The notes under the pieces were generated by a model, which was given only the letters and a program-made list of their open reading frames with translations, was not told the origin of the DNA and did no database searches. This document shows, piece by piece, positions 1 to 12,836 of a stretch of DNA of 64,000 nt (position 1 is its first letter; every line of letters starts with the position of its first letter). The stretch comes from the human T2T-CHM13v2.0 reference genome, Homo sapiens. The translations under genes and the position numbers were made by a program. Location: assembly GCF_009914755.1 (NCBI RefSeq), contig NC_060928.1, one strand, 5' to 3'.

Positions 1-394
1 GATGAGTAACAGTAAGGCAGAGGTTCAAGGTGAGAAACAAGTTTGGGGTAGCTTAATTAAGGATCTAAGGAATGACATTTAGAAAGCAGAATAAAGTAAC
101 AGGCAGGAGAAAGGCTGCAGGAGGTCCTAGAGAGTTAGAAGCAGAGTAAGAGCCAGTAAGCAGTTGACCAACATCAGATACCTGACTCTGCTGTGCTTGT
201 GGGGCAGCCAATGATCAATTAGAATTTCCGTTAGTAAAGAGTGGGAAAAAGCATTCCCATGACTCACATGGGATAATTGCTAAATGGTTAATGCTGTATA
301 TAACTGCGTATTTTGTATCAGAATAAGTACAGCCCTCCAAAAGATAACTTGCAGAGTCATTCATCAGCTTCAACTGAGCAGCCTGATTGAAACC

Positions 395-470
395 AGCTGA
401 GCCAATGACATCACCACAGGCTTTTTACTATAAAAAGGGCAAGCTCTGTGAGGTCAGGAAGTAGAACTAA
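395..470 (+). promoter_or_regulatory. Promoter-like module (CCAAT, CRE-like TGACATCA, TATAAAAA), probably within an ancient LTR
   Basis: CCAAT at 402-406 overlaps TGACATCA at 406-413. TATAAAAA at 429-436 is followed by GGGC. A further CCAAT at 208-212 and AP-1 TGACTCA near 259-265. Confidence 0.4.
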
Positions 471-769
471 GCTCCGTGAACAGAAGCCAAGCTGAAAGAG
501 GGAAGAGCCAAGAGAAGTTCAGAGAAGAGACTCATTCCAAGAAGAAGCTAGAATGAGCAATTTGCTCAGAGACAGCTGCAGAAGAAAAAGGCACACAATG
601 GAAATCTTCCTTTAAGAATAAGGGGCTGCTGTTTCTCACTAAAGAAGTAAGTTATCTAAAGTGAAGTTTCAAAGGAGAAATTGACGGAAGCACTTTCACA
701 TTTTCAGTTCCTGGAACTGAAATCAACTATAACATCATCGTGGTAGTAATGTTCATGTAGTCTTTTCCC

Positions 770-2220
<1,451 letters not shown>

Positions 2221-2378
2221 TGGTCTAAGTGAAATTTAATGTGTATGGATTATAATATAATTTGATTTGTATAAAAAGTTAATATAATTGAGTTGGCTAT
2301 GAATGAGAATGTATCAAAAAAATTTGCCACAACTTTCTGAAAGTCTTAAGTTATTTAGGCTATGCTACAGATGGTTTT

Positions 2379-2482
2379 TAAGTCAATCAAATGTAATAAG
2401 AAAGTGGTTAAACATTCAGCATCCAACTCAACTAAGTCAATCGAATGTAATAAGAAAGTGGTTAAACAGCATTCAACTCAAG
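2379..2482. repeat. Tandem duplication, about 54-bp unit, 2 copies
   Basis: TAAGTCAATC(A/G)AATGTAATAAGAAAGTGGTTAAACA...CAACTCAA occurs twice; the second copy is 4 bp shorter. Confidence 0.95.
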
Positions 2483-4314
2483 TAAGAAAACAAACTAGGT
2501 TCTTCCATAATTTCATTTTAATTTTATATAGTGAAAAAAGCATCCTCCCTAAATTAATCAAAATGCTTGTCTACATATAACAAAGACAGACTTGCTAGTT
2601 ATTGAGGGTCTTTTTCCTGTACTAGTTGCCAAATGACAAACCTGGGGAGGAAAACAGAAGAATCTGCATTCAACATACATTCAGTTAGACCTCAGGGGGC
2701 CTATAAATACACATTCATGGAGCTTTCCATATCTACAAAAATTGATATTTGATATCCCTCCACCCCATACCTTTTCCTGGGAAAAGCTAGTCCAGAAAAT
2801 GAGAATATATTATCTTCGCATCTATGGCAAGTTTGAAAGTGACTTGCAGTTATTCTATATGAGCTTAGATAATCCACTACCAAAATCATTTTAAATCTGG
2901 CTTAACTGCTAAGGCCAATTTTGAGTAGAAGTGTTTTTGACAGTCAAAGCCTTGATAACCACTTCACACCTACCTAGAGGCCCCTGCAACCAAGAGCTAA
3001 GTGGCAACAGAAAAAAACTACAGTTTTTCTATCCTATCTGTGAAAACCAGAAGAATGACAAAGGTGATTAGATGAGTGAAATGTGATGGACAGACCTCAC
3101 TACAATTCATGTTAGATACAGGTCCAGACCTCTTCCCAGAAGATTGCTTTAAGTTGGTAAGACATGGACTTACCTGATAGGTCCTGAATTCCACTGGCCT
3201 GTTCTAAATGACAGCGCAGTCAGCATATTCCCTGGATTGGACTGATCTCAGGGCTTCTAGTCCTGGCTTCCTGTGTCAAGGTAGTGTTTGACTCACACTC
3301 ATTCTGGGTTCTTCCCCATTTCTTCTTTGGTCTATTCACTTGTTGATTTTGCAACCCAAATAATACTATTGTCAATAGATGTCCAAAGACTGGGGTAGAA
3401 TTAATTTAACATAATGCATGTGGCTGCTTAAACACCCTAGCAAGCTTCCCTTCCTGAGCCTGCTGAGATGCAGGAAGTAAAGCAAGGCTCCCACCCACCT
3501 CGCACCACAGAAACATGGCTGATTTACACAGAGGAGGAAAACCTGTTTCCGGGGCAGTCCCCAACATATTTAGCATGGACTTTTAAAACAGCTCATCCAA
3601 CTCTAATTTGAAATCTAACTTTGATAAAATAAGCAGCCATTTTAAGTAAATGCCTTTCTTTTCTATCTATCCTTCACTTATCTGGGTCAAGTATTATTTG
3701 GTTCATATGTATTAAATAATAAGAGTTAATTTTATAGGTTCACATAATACAATTAACACATTCTCAATCAAAGCTCTTTCTTCATGTTTTAAAAATGTAA
3801 AACAAAACAAAAAACCCTTCAAAATCAAAACCTGCACTACTCAGTTTTCTCACAAATTATTAGTATTACCACTTTACAGGAAAATAAAAATTTACGGGAA
3901 AGCGTCAAATTTCAAAAAGATGGTTTTCAAACACTTGGTTTTAACATGTAGCTGGTCAACAACATAGGTTCAGATTAAAGCAAGTATCTATCCCTAATGT
4001 GGCAAATAATTTCGTGACTTGAAATAGCAAAACATCTAAGCCTTGGTATCAATACTCTCTGTAACAAGAGAGCATTGTCTAGCATGGCTCATATTGTTGC
4101 TTTTGGCTATAATGTTCTTTGATTTCCTTCTACACAATGTTATAAATCATTAGTCTCTCAGGTTAGTAAAAGTTTACTCAACATAGAGTGGTATTTTTAA
4201 TTAGCAATAAAAAAGGTAAATAAGTCAGGTGCAATACAAGTAAATTAACAAAATAAGAGTATTTTAAAGTTAGAAAAATCAGTGCTTGCAGGGAAAAACA
4301 TATTTCTCTTAAGT

Positions 4315-4660
4315 AATGTGGCAAACCGCTCTTAAGACTGCTGCCTGGCTCCACTTCCTCCTTCCCTGGGAACTGTCAGCACTCTGGCAGGTACGCAATC
4401 ATTCTGCAACCCAACCTACAGTTGATTGATTTGGAGGGTAGACACCAAACTCATGTAAAGACAATCAGATTTTCTCTCCCTGGAAGATGCCATTGTTATC
4501 TGATAAATCCAGGTTGGGTACCACTAATAACTAAGTCATGGTATGACTCTGAAGAACACACCACTACTGCTTCCAAAGCAGTTCTTAGTTCCTAAGGCCA
4601 CCCTGGTTTCTTCCTATTCTTCTCAAGACCGACGTTTCGGTTACTCCCAGGATTCCTTTA
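4315..4660 (+). mobile_element. MLT1-type MaLR LTR remnant
   Basis: TGTGGCAAAC start, CTTCCTCCTTCC, and GATTG...CAATCAGATTTTCTCTCCCTGG motifs typical of old MLT1. Confidence 0.5.
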
Positions 4661-4671
4661 AATCTTAAAAG

Positions 4672-4838
4672 TTTACATTTAAATTAATTAAAACTAAATA
4701 AAATGTAAAATCGAGTCTTGTAGTTGAACTAGACATATTTCAAGTGCTAAATAGTCACATATGACTATTGACTACCATGCTGGATAGCTCAGATTCTCTA
4801 AACATTTTCCTCATCACAGAAAGTTCTACTGGACAATG
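4672..4838 (-). mobile_element. MER3-like hAT-Charlie non-autonomous DNA transposon
   Basis: Reverse complement resembles MER3 (GTCCAGTAGAACTTTCTGTGATGAGGAAAATG...GCACTTGAAATATG). Confidence 0.75.
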
Positions 4839-6326
4839 ATCCCCCAGAACCTTCTAATAAATTTCCTCTTTTCGTAAACTGCTAGAATCAGGGTTTGTTT
4901 TATGTGTCTTTGGTTATTGTTTGCTTTATATTTGTATCCATAAGCGTAATCAGGAAGTATAACGGTAACTTTCTGGAAATCTTGTATAGGATTTCTAGCC
5001 AATTTCAAGGGTTTCAAGTCTTGGAGTTAACGTTACTTCAAAACTTAAAAGTTTACTCACATGACTCCTGGACACCTCCTGGGTCACAGAATCATGGAAT
5101 TTAAAAGCTTGGAAAAAACCTTAGGATATATCTAATTCAATTTTCTGGTTTTTTACACATGAAGACATTAACACCCACAAAGCTTGTAACTTGCTTTTGT
5201 TTCTGAACAGTACTTAAATTTGGCTTAACAGATTATTTAACACAAGATAAAAAAGATACCAACTAAAAATGTAATATAAAACATAATTCTGCAAATCTCA
5301 TGATTACACAAGTAACAAAGCATGAAGTTTAAATATTTATTTACTCACTAAGCTGTTACTACACCAACTCCTTCCTACTCCCCACCCCCATGTCTTTTTT
5401 TTTTCCCCTTATTTATTTTGTAAGGTGCATTTCCCGTGGTTACCATTGTTTTCAATGTCATAGTTACCCATATCTAAAAGGCACAGAAAACATTCTGTAC
5501 TTTCAAATCTGGGAGCAACTACATTTTTTGTTTTAATTTTTATTTTTCACTAGAACCTTTATGTTCAAATATTCCACATGATTAGTCATCTGTACAGATT
5601 GGAATCTGGATAGCTGAAGATGTTTTTATTCAGTTGCTTTTAAACAAATAGTAACCAAACATCATTTAAAATATGGGGATTAAAATGTCATACTTATTCA
5701 TCAATAGATGTCAACTTGCTAAAGCAAGTTCTTTTGGCATCTTCTTAAGAAACGTATTGTTTCTAACAACAGCAAGAAAACCACACAAACACAAACCCAA
5801 ATACTGATGGGAGACAAGGATTCTCTATCTTGTCTCCCTCTATCTGTACTCACTGTCTCACACCTCAATGCACTAAAATCTGTAACGTCCACACAGCACC
5901 GAGATTTTACAGGTTTCTTTCAGGTAAATATAGAATTCAAAATTCATGCAATATTAATTTTGACATAAAGGATTATGTTTAAATAATTATTATCCTTAAC
6001 TTGCTTTCCTTTAATCATATCTTATCAAGTAGTAGAAGAGGAGATTATGGCCTCCCAACCATCCCTTCCATTAAAGATAAATTGCTTATACTTTCCCTGC
6101 TAAATAGATTTACATCTAATATCACTAATCTGTAAATAAATGGAATACAAGATTTATAACCCCTGTACATATCAAATCACTTGATACATGTTTTTGTACG
6201 GCTTAAAGAGTTCCCCCTTCTTATATCACATTGCACAAGCCGGTGTCCCACATCATCTGAAACAAAGAGATACATTTCAAAGAATTAATTGATACTAATT
6301 CCTTTCCCTTCCCTTTCAAATGCCAC

Positions 6327-6329
6327 TGT

Positions 6330-6367
<38 letters not shown>
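6327..6367. repeat. (TG)n microsatellite
   Basis: Read directly; one interruption. Confidence 0.98.
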
Positions 6368-6372
<5 letters not shown>

Positions 6373-6672
6373 AATACATATCGATGTTGGCTACTCCTAT
6401 CTCAGGGAAACACCTCTCCCAAGATGGTCAAGCACGACCCACAAAGTCAACAAGGGGAGTTCTTGAACTTATCAATGCAAGCTGCTATGAATCATGCCAT
6501 TAATCAATACTAGTGTGAATCACCACAAAGCCGGTCCAGGGAACACAGACCAAGACTTTGCAGTCATTCGACAAAAGTTTTGGCTGATAATTTACACAAT
6601 GAAAACAGAAAGGCAAAAACAGCATAAACTCCTACACCTAAATTGCAATGCAAAAGCACATATACTTTAAAG

Positions 6673-7011
6673 CAGTGGTCCCTAACTGTTTTGGTGCCAG
6701 GGACCGTTTTCGTGTAAGACAATTTTTTCATGTACAAGGCGGGGGTGGATGGATGGTTTCAGGATGAAACTGTTTCACCTCAGATCATCAGGCATTTGTT
6801 AGATTCTCCTAAGAAGCATCCAACTTAGATCCTCATATGTACAGTTCACAATAGGGTTTGTTCTCCAAGGAGAATCAAATGCCACTGCTGATCTGACAGA
6901 AGGCAGAGGAGCTCAGGTAGTAATGCTTGCTGGCCAGCCACTAACCTCCTGTGTGCCCAGGTTCCTAACAGGCCACAGACTGCTACAGGTCGGAGGCCCA
7001 GGGGACCCCTG
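6673..7011 (+). mobile_element. MER1B hAT-Charlie DNA transposon
   Basis: TIRs CAGTGGTCCC / GGGGACCCCTG; 8-bp TSD CTTTAAAG / CTTTAGAG; internal GATGAAACTGTTTCACCTCAGATCATCAGGCATT. Confidence 0.9.
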
Positions 7012-9218
7012 CTTTAGAGAAAATATGCTAAAGCAAATAAATATGTATGTTAAGGCAAATAAACACAAATGCCAACCACAATCTTAGGTGGCTTTTGTTG
7101 AGACACCCGACTCCTTTAAAATACTTGCATATACTATGGAAATGATTACAAATTATTTAGGTCATAAAGTTTTGCACCTGGAAATATCTACTTCACTGAA
7201 AAGTTACCAAGAAGGTAGAAAAATCCTGGAATCTCACAAATGGAAGTTATGAAGTTAATTACGTTAATAAAATTCAAACAACTAATTAAAAAACAAAAAC
7301 TGTCTTACACACTTTAAGGGTCTCTATAACCAAACTCATAGCATCTGCTAGCCATAATTTCAAAATGGAACTCAAAATACTCTCACAGGCCACTGTGTCA
7401 GAATTTTAACCATTCCTCCAAAACTGGTAGTTTACACAAATGCTATAAAAAATTAAGTATAAGAAATTCAGCTTCAGCATCCATAGCTGGACATGACAGA
7501 CCATCTCAGGAGAATCTGAAGGCCTATAAAAGAAGCCTGATCCTTTATCAAGGTCTGAGTAAGTGGGTCAGCTGTCACCTGTGACAGAGTTCAGCCTCTC
7601 ACAAGAAAGTACATTAGCTGCAGCAGCCCAGGATCAGTTTTCGACAGCTGGGACTTGAACCTGTAGGATTTTAAAAGTTGTTAACTTTTTTTGATGAAAA
7701 GCATATATATTCTTTCCAGCAGGTTTTGGATTGCACAACAGAAAAAAAAAAAAAGTATGTGTGTAATATTAATATACCTTTTCTCTTAAAATAAATAGTA
7801 ATGTGAGGCTATGTTTACTAAACTTTTAATGTTTAAAAATTAAATAACAAGGTCATTCTCAAATCTGTATTTCATTTCTGAAACCCAGTAACTGACAGAC
7901 AAAAAAAAATAGTTACTAGCAGAAATACCTTAGCTAATTTACCTTGTTTTAACAAAGCTTAAAATTTTTGAATTAGCCACCATCTTACATTTTTGATTAC
8001 TTTAATTATACATACTTAAGCATTAGAAACACAACTTAAAAAGTCACATTCATTTTTATATAACACTTTTAATGTGTACATTTAGAGTGCATCACCAAAA
8101 GAAATAGAAATTAAAAGCCTTTAGAGAGAACTGATGTTGACCTTTACTTCTTGACAACATTCTTGTTTTGAAAATATTCAGCATAGAAACACAAGCCTCT
8201 GATCAAAACAGTGGCAACATGTTAATTTCCTTAGATATGCAGCCCAACTCTAGGCATGTGAGTGTGAAGTTCAGACACCCTGAGCAGCCTGTCTTCTGCT
8301 CCCATTCAAGTGCACAAAGTCCTCTGCTTAAAGGACCCACCATCATTCTACAGCCAGGACAAGAAAGACGCTATTTCAATTAACACAAGTATAAAATTAT
8401 TTTTCTGCCTTCCAAGGTATACAGATCACGTGGCATTAAAAAGGAAACAAAATAGTAGCTAGTGTTCTATTAACCTCTCTTTTTTTTTTTTTTAATTGAT
8501 GTGAGGAAAGTGCCTAAAGGAGTTTTCAGTAAGTTTGCCCAAGACAAACTTTAAATTTATATTGCTAATCAAAGGCTGGTAACTTAAGTTCTGTGCAAAC
8601 TCAAGAAATGCAAATAAAATACAGTTTTCAACAACCCAATTCCTGCTGCATCATACCATTTTTTTCCTTCCTTGACCCAACCGTTTAAGTCAGACAGGTT
8701 GAGGAGACAGTCACCTTCAAGAAAGCCCTTTGCCCTGCCAGCTTAAAGTCATGCCAGCAACCAAAGTAGAATCTGATATAAAAATAGGAGTCTGAGGAAT
8801 CCAGGGAAGGCAAAGCACATCCTGAGGCCAACAGGTTAGATTGCCATCACCTCTTGGTGACAGAAACTTAAGGCTATATCTGAAGGCACAATAGTATTAA
8901 CCTCCCCTACCAAATTAATCAGTTAAGTCAATAAATCACTAAAATGGCCAGATGTCTGGCTGAAAAACCAAAGTGAATGAATTGGTGTTGTAGAGTCACA
9001 GGTGAAGGACATTAATCTACTTTTGTACAAGTCTTAGCTTATACATAAAGGCCATTTATTTTACTGAGGCAAAATTAATGGTTACCTACCCCCCAAAAAT
9101 TGCAAGGCTGTCATTACAAATGCATTGGAATACTAATGTGGAATTAATTAATTACTCTCAAGTTATCTGAATTTTCAGGCACCCTAGGTTCAAACAAATT
9201 AACAGATTATAATTTTTA

Positions 9219-9337
9219 AAAGAAGGAAAGGAGAGGGGAGGAGAAGGGAGAAGGGAGCGGGAGGGGGAGGGGAGTGGTCGGAGGAGGGGATAAGAGGGAA
9301 CAACGGGAAGGAGGGGAAGGAGGAAGGGCAGAAGGGA
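9219..9337 (+). repeat. GA-rich low-complexity tract
   Basis: Nearly pure purine run with many GGG tracts. Confidence 0.9.
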
Positions 9338-10577
9338 TTAATAACAAAATAGTGCTACCAAAAGGAGAAATAAAGTTTAGCATGCTAGTTACAAAGACAT
9401 GATGATGTTCATGAGGTAGTAAAAATATTATCTGTGTATTTAAAAAAAAATAAAGGAAGCAGCTGTGTAAATATTTTAACTTTTTCCCCCCAAAAAATGT
9501 TTATATGCTGTTCTGAGGATAGAAATAATCCAAGCTGGGGCAATGTGTTAACCCCCTAGAAAACACACACACACATATACACAGGCACACACAAAATGAA
9601 GTGCCTTGAGTCTCTTCATCCTTCCCCTTTTTGATTCGAAACATTTCCTCCCAACTTGGCTGCAAGACAGAAATCCTGAAAGTGAGGGTCATCAGCAATA
9701 TCTGTCACTCTCCAACTGCGTAGGAGGAAAAAAACAAGCTCTTACTTACCGGTTTCAATTTTAAAAAAAAGAAAAATGACACTGGTCTGCTATCTTTTAT
9801 AAACCCATTATAAATGTAATTCCAATTTCATTAAAACTATGTATATCTACATTAAAATATACTCAAAAGAAAAGTTACAACAAAAATAACTCTACAGATA
9901 AAATTTGCATTTTATTTTGCACATTTCCTTCATATCTGTATATCAGAATACATATATACATATAGGTGTAATCATGGTTTGCTTATAGTTTTGTATTCTG
10001 CACTTTCACTTGGCATCTCATAACATTTCCACATGCTCCACATATTTGTAAAATCATTAAGAATTCCATAATATTCCACAAATGCGTAACCTATTTATCC
10101 ACTTGCTTATTTATTTCTACCTGCCTTCTTATAGAATGGGCTTAGCATACAATCACCCTCATTTGAGGTAGACTATTATGATTTCCGCTATTCTCTTTTT
10201 GGACACTTCAGATGTTTCCAGTTGCCTTCCTCATTTTGCAGTGAAACCTGCAATGAGCAACTTCATGTAATAAAACTCCCTTTCTGAATTTAATCATTTC
10301 ATGATTAATTATCAGGTGAGTTAATGAGTCAAAGATTGTAAATCCAGTCTCTTATGTATAAACATATATAATTTAGTGTATACATTTTCATAGATTTTTT
10401 TATACATAATATATGCATATATGTGAGGTTGTTTTTAAACTTACCTTTCATTTTACATTAAATTTCTCCCTACCCTCAAATATGAGCCTATGACTTCTGT
10501 GAATCTGTCTCATTCAAATGTCACTTGATTCCAGTTATATATTCAATTTAACAATATCACTATAATCCCAAAATGTC

Positions 10578-10578
<1 letters not shown>

Positions 10579-10624
<46 letters not shown>
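10579..10624. repeat. (TG)n microsatellite
   Basis: Read directly. Confidence 0.98.
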
Positions 10625-10625
<1 letters not shown>

Positions 10626-11239
10626 AGATGTTTAAGACTAACATTAAAATGGGCTTACATGCCCTAAGATCATGCTGCTAGAATGGTGCAAGGAAGTGTT
10701 AGGAAGGAAGCTAGCCTGACATCAGAAATGTGCCACCCACATGCATGTAATGAAGACTGTGTGACACCAACATTGTACCTAGCAAGACAAAAGTGATCTA
10801 CAGTTTTAAGAGATGAGTGACATAAAGTTAAAAGTCAACAAAAGTTTACAAAACTTGCCAAGAAGCAGCTAGCAAAAATCTTGAAAATAGTAATTTCTCT
10901 AAAGGATATAACTGTTTCTAGTTTGATTAAGTCATAAGATGCATTCTATAAGAAAGATCATTTCTGTTACCTCTATCTCCAGTTTGACTTTATCTGGTGC
11001 AGTCCCAGGAATTTCCTTTGGTCACCCATTCCGCTCCTGTTAATGGCCCAACAACTGAGGTGGAATTGCCATCCACATTAAACCACCCTTCACATTTGCT
11101 TTCCCATCACCATGTTTTATTTTTAACAACACTTATCAGTAACTGGTATTTTCTTGCTTAATTAATATAAATATTTCCTTGCTTAAATAATATAAATACA
11201 TGAGAATGTAAGCCTAAGAAAGTCAGAATCTTGTTTCTT

Positions 11240-11490
11240 TTTCATTCATGTAAACAAATATTTAGAGTCCCTACATATGCTGGACAGCGGATGGAGCAGC
11301 GATCAAAACAGGCAAAAATGCATACACCCTCGTGAAGCTTACATTCCAACAAGGAGAGACAGACAACCCAGTACAAGAGTCAAATAGTATGTTAGAAGGC
11401 AGTTAATGCTATTGAGAAAAATAAAACAAAGAAGGAACACAGGGAGTGCCAGAATAAGGGTACAGGTATGTGGTTGCAACTTAAACATCA
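11240..11490 (-). mobile_element. L2 fragment
   Basis: CATTCATGTAAACAAATATTTAGAG...GAAGCTTACATTC resembles the antisense L2 3' end. Confidence 0.6.
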
Positions 11491-11499
11491 TCTCCAGCA

Positions 11500-12060
11500 C
11501 CAACAACAGGGCTTGGAGGCAATCAATGAATACCACCTCATGGCATGGGGCCAGACTGACATAACCCAACTCCCTGGATACAGTGATTGGTTTTGAGGCA
11601 TGCAAATAAAATCAGAGTCATTCAGACGCAAGAGACATTGGAGCTAGCAAGCTCCACTGTATTTTGGTGTGAACAGGCAAGGCTTGGAGCTACTATAACC
11701 ATTTTGCTACCATAAGAACGAAGCCATCGTAAGTAGGAAAGCACAATGTAGGAAAAGCAGAACCTAAGAGAGCAAAATAACCAGGATTGTTTACATTATT
11801 TGATTGTCTGCTGCAAACTGTACCTGATGTTTTGCCCCTTAACTAGGCTATTCAGTTATTCAGTTACTTAGCGTAATTAGAACCTCTAAATCAACTAAAT
11901 TAGTTCTTCTATGTGGGTCAAAATAATTTCCTGCTTTGCTTTCACTAATAGGAGTAATCTTTGGGGCCAATTCTTCATTTGAAAAAAGTCAAGAGTTGCT
12001 GTGTGATGTTGTTTAATCCACTCTGAGCTAGGTTTCCTATGACTTGCAACCTAAGGAGTC
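11500..12060 (+). mobile_element. MLT1-type MaLR LTR remnant
   Basis: CAGTGATTGG...CCATTTTGCTACCAT motifs and the terminal GACTTGCAACCTAAGGAGTC. Confidence 0.55.
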
Positions 12061-12456
12061 TGTATTGGCATGCATTCTAATTTATTATGTAATCTGAGGA
12101 TTGCCTTCCCAACACATGGTATGCTCATCACTATGTCCTTGTTCCAGCTCTGGAGTACTTCCTCTGCCCTCCACTCCAAGCCTCAATTAGAGGAAGGTCC
12201 TCCACTCTACCAGTCCACATCCATATCTCCATTGCTTTCACAAAGCATTCACGAATTAATCCCTGCATTATTCACTCAATCATTAACTCTAACAAATGTT
12301 TAGCAGACACTGACAAACACTGAGAATAAGATTAATAACGCAACATCCTTGTTCTCCAGGACATTTCAAAAAGGAAGGAAAATACTTGAATGAATATCTG
12401 TAATAGCAAACACAGGCTGATTACTTGGACAGAGTGATATGCAGGAGACAATGAGT

Positions 12457-12565
12457 GTGTGAATGGTGGAGTAAACAAATGTCTTTGGAATGGCCCACAA
12501 CTTCCCTTACCTCCACTAGGCTTGACAGTGGTATCAACTTGTCCTATAACACACATGGGCCAGTC
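12457..12565 (+). repeat. Copy 1 of a 109-bp dispersed direct duplication
   Basis: Matches 14198-14306 with 4 mismatches (offset 1741 bp). Confidence 0.97.
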
Positions 12566-12791
12566 ACAGTGGCTCACACCTGTAATCCTAACACTTTAGG
12601 AGGCCGAGGTGGGCAGATCCCTTGAGCCCACGGGTTTGAGACTAGCCTGGGCAATGTGACGAAACCCTATCTTTACAAAAATAAAAAATTAACCAGGCAT
12701 GGTGGTGTACTCCTGTAGTCTCAGCTATTCGAGAGACTGAAGTGGGAGGATCACCTGAGCCCGGGGAGTTCGAGGCTGCACTGAGCCCATG

Positions 12792-12792
<1 letters not shown>
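12558..12792 (+). mobile_element. AluJ, 3'-truncated
   Basis: AluJ-type CTTGAGCCC / GAGTTCGAGGCTGCA; ends in (CA)n instead of the normal 3' end. Confidence 0.9.

Positions 12793-12834
<42 letters not shown>
12793..12834. repeat. (CA)n microsatellite
   Basis: Read directly. Confidence 0.98.

Positions 12835-12836
<2 letters not shown>

Noticed and set aside
2379-2482. CRISPR-like repeat-spacer array
   Set aside because: Only two adjacent copies with no unique spacers, in human DNA: a simple tandem duplication.
5320-7660. Apparent minus-strand terminal exon (acceptor tcctacag|GTT at 7661, UTR-like sequence, AATAAA near 5337-5342)
   Set aside because: The polypyrimidine tract is weak, none of the three translations matches a protein I recognise, AATAAA is common in this AT-rich DNA, and the miRNA anchor places the region mid-intron. 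Intronic polyadenylation cannot be excluded without 3'-end data.
10445-10559. Candidate minus-strand exon ending AAG|gtaagt
   Set aside because: The donor is good but the nearest acceptor (ttttgggattatag) is poor. Such isolated donors are expected by chance in 64 kb.
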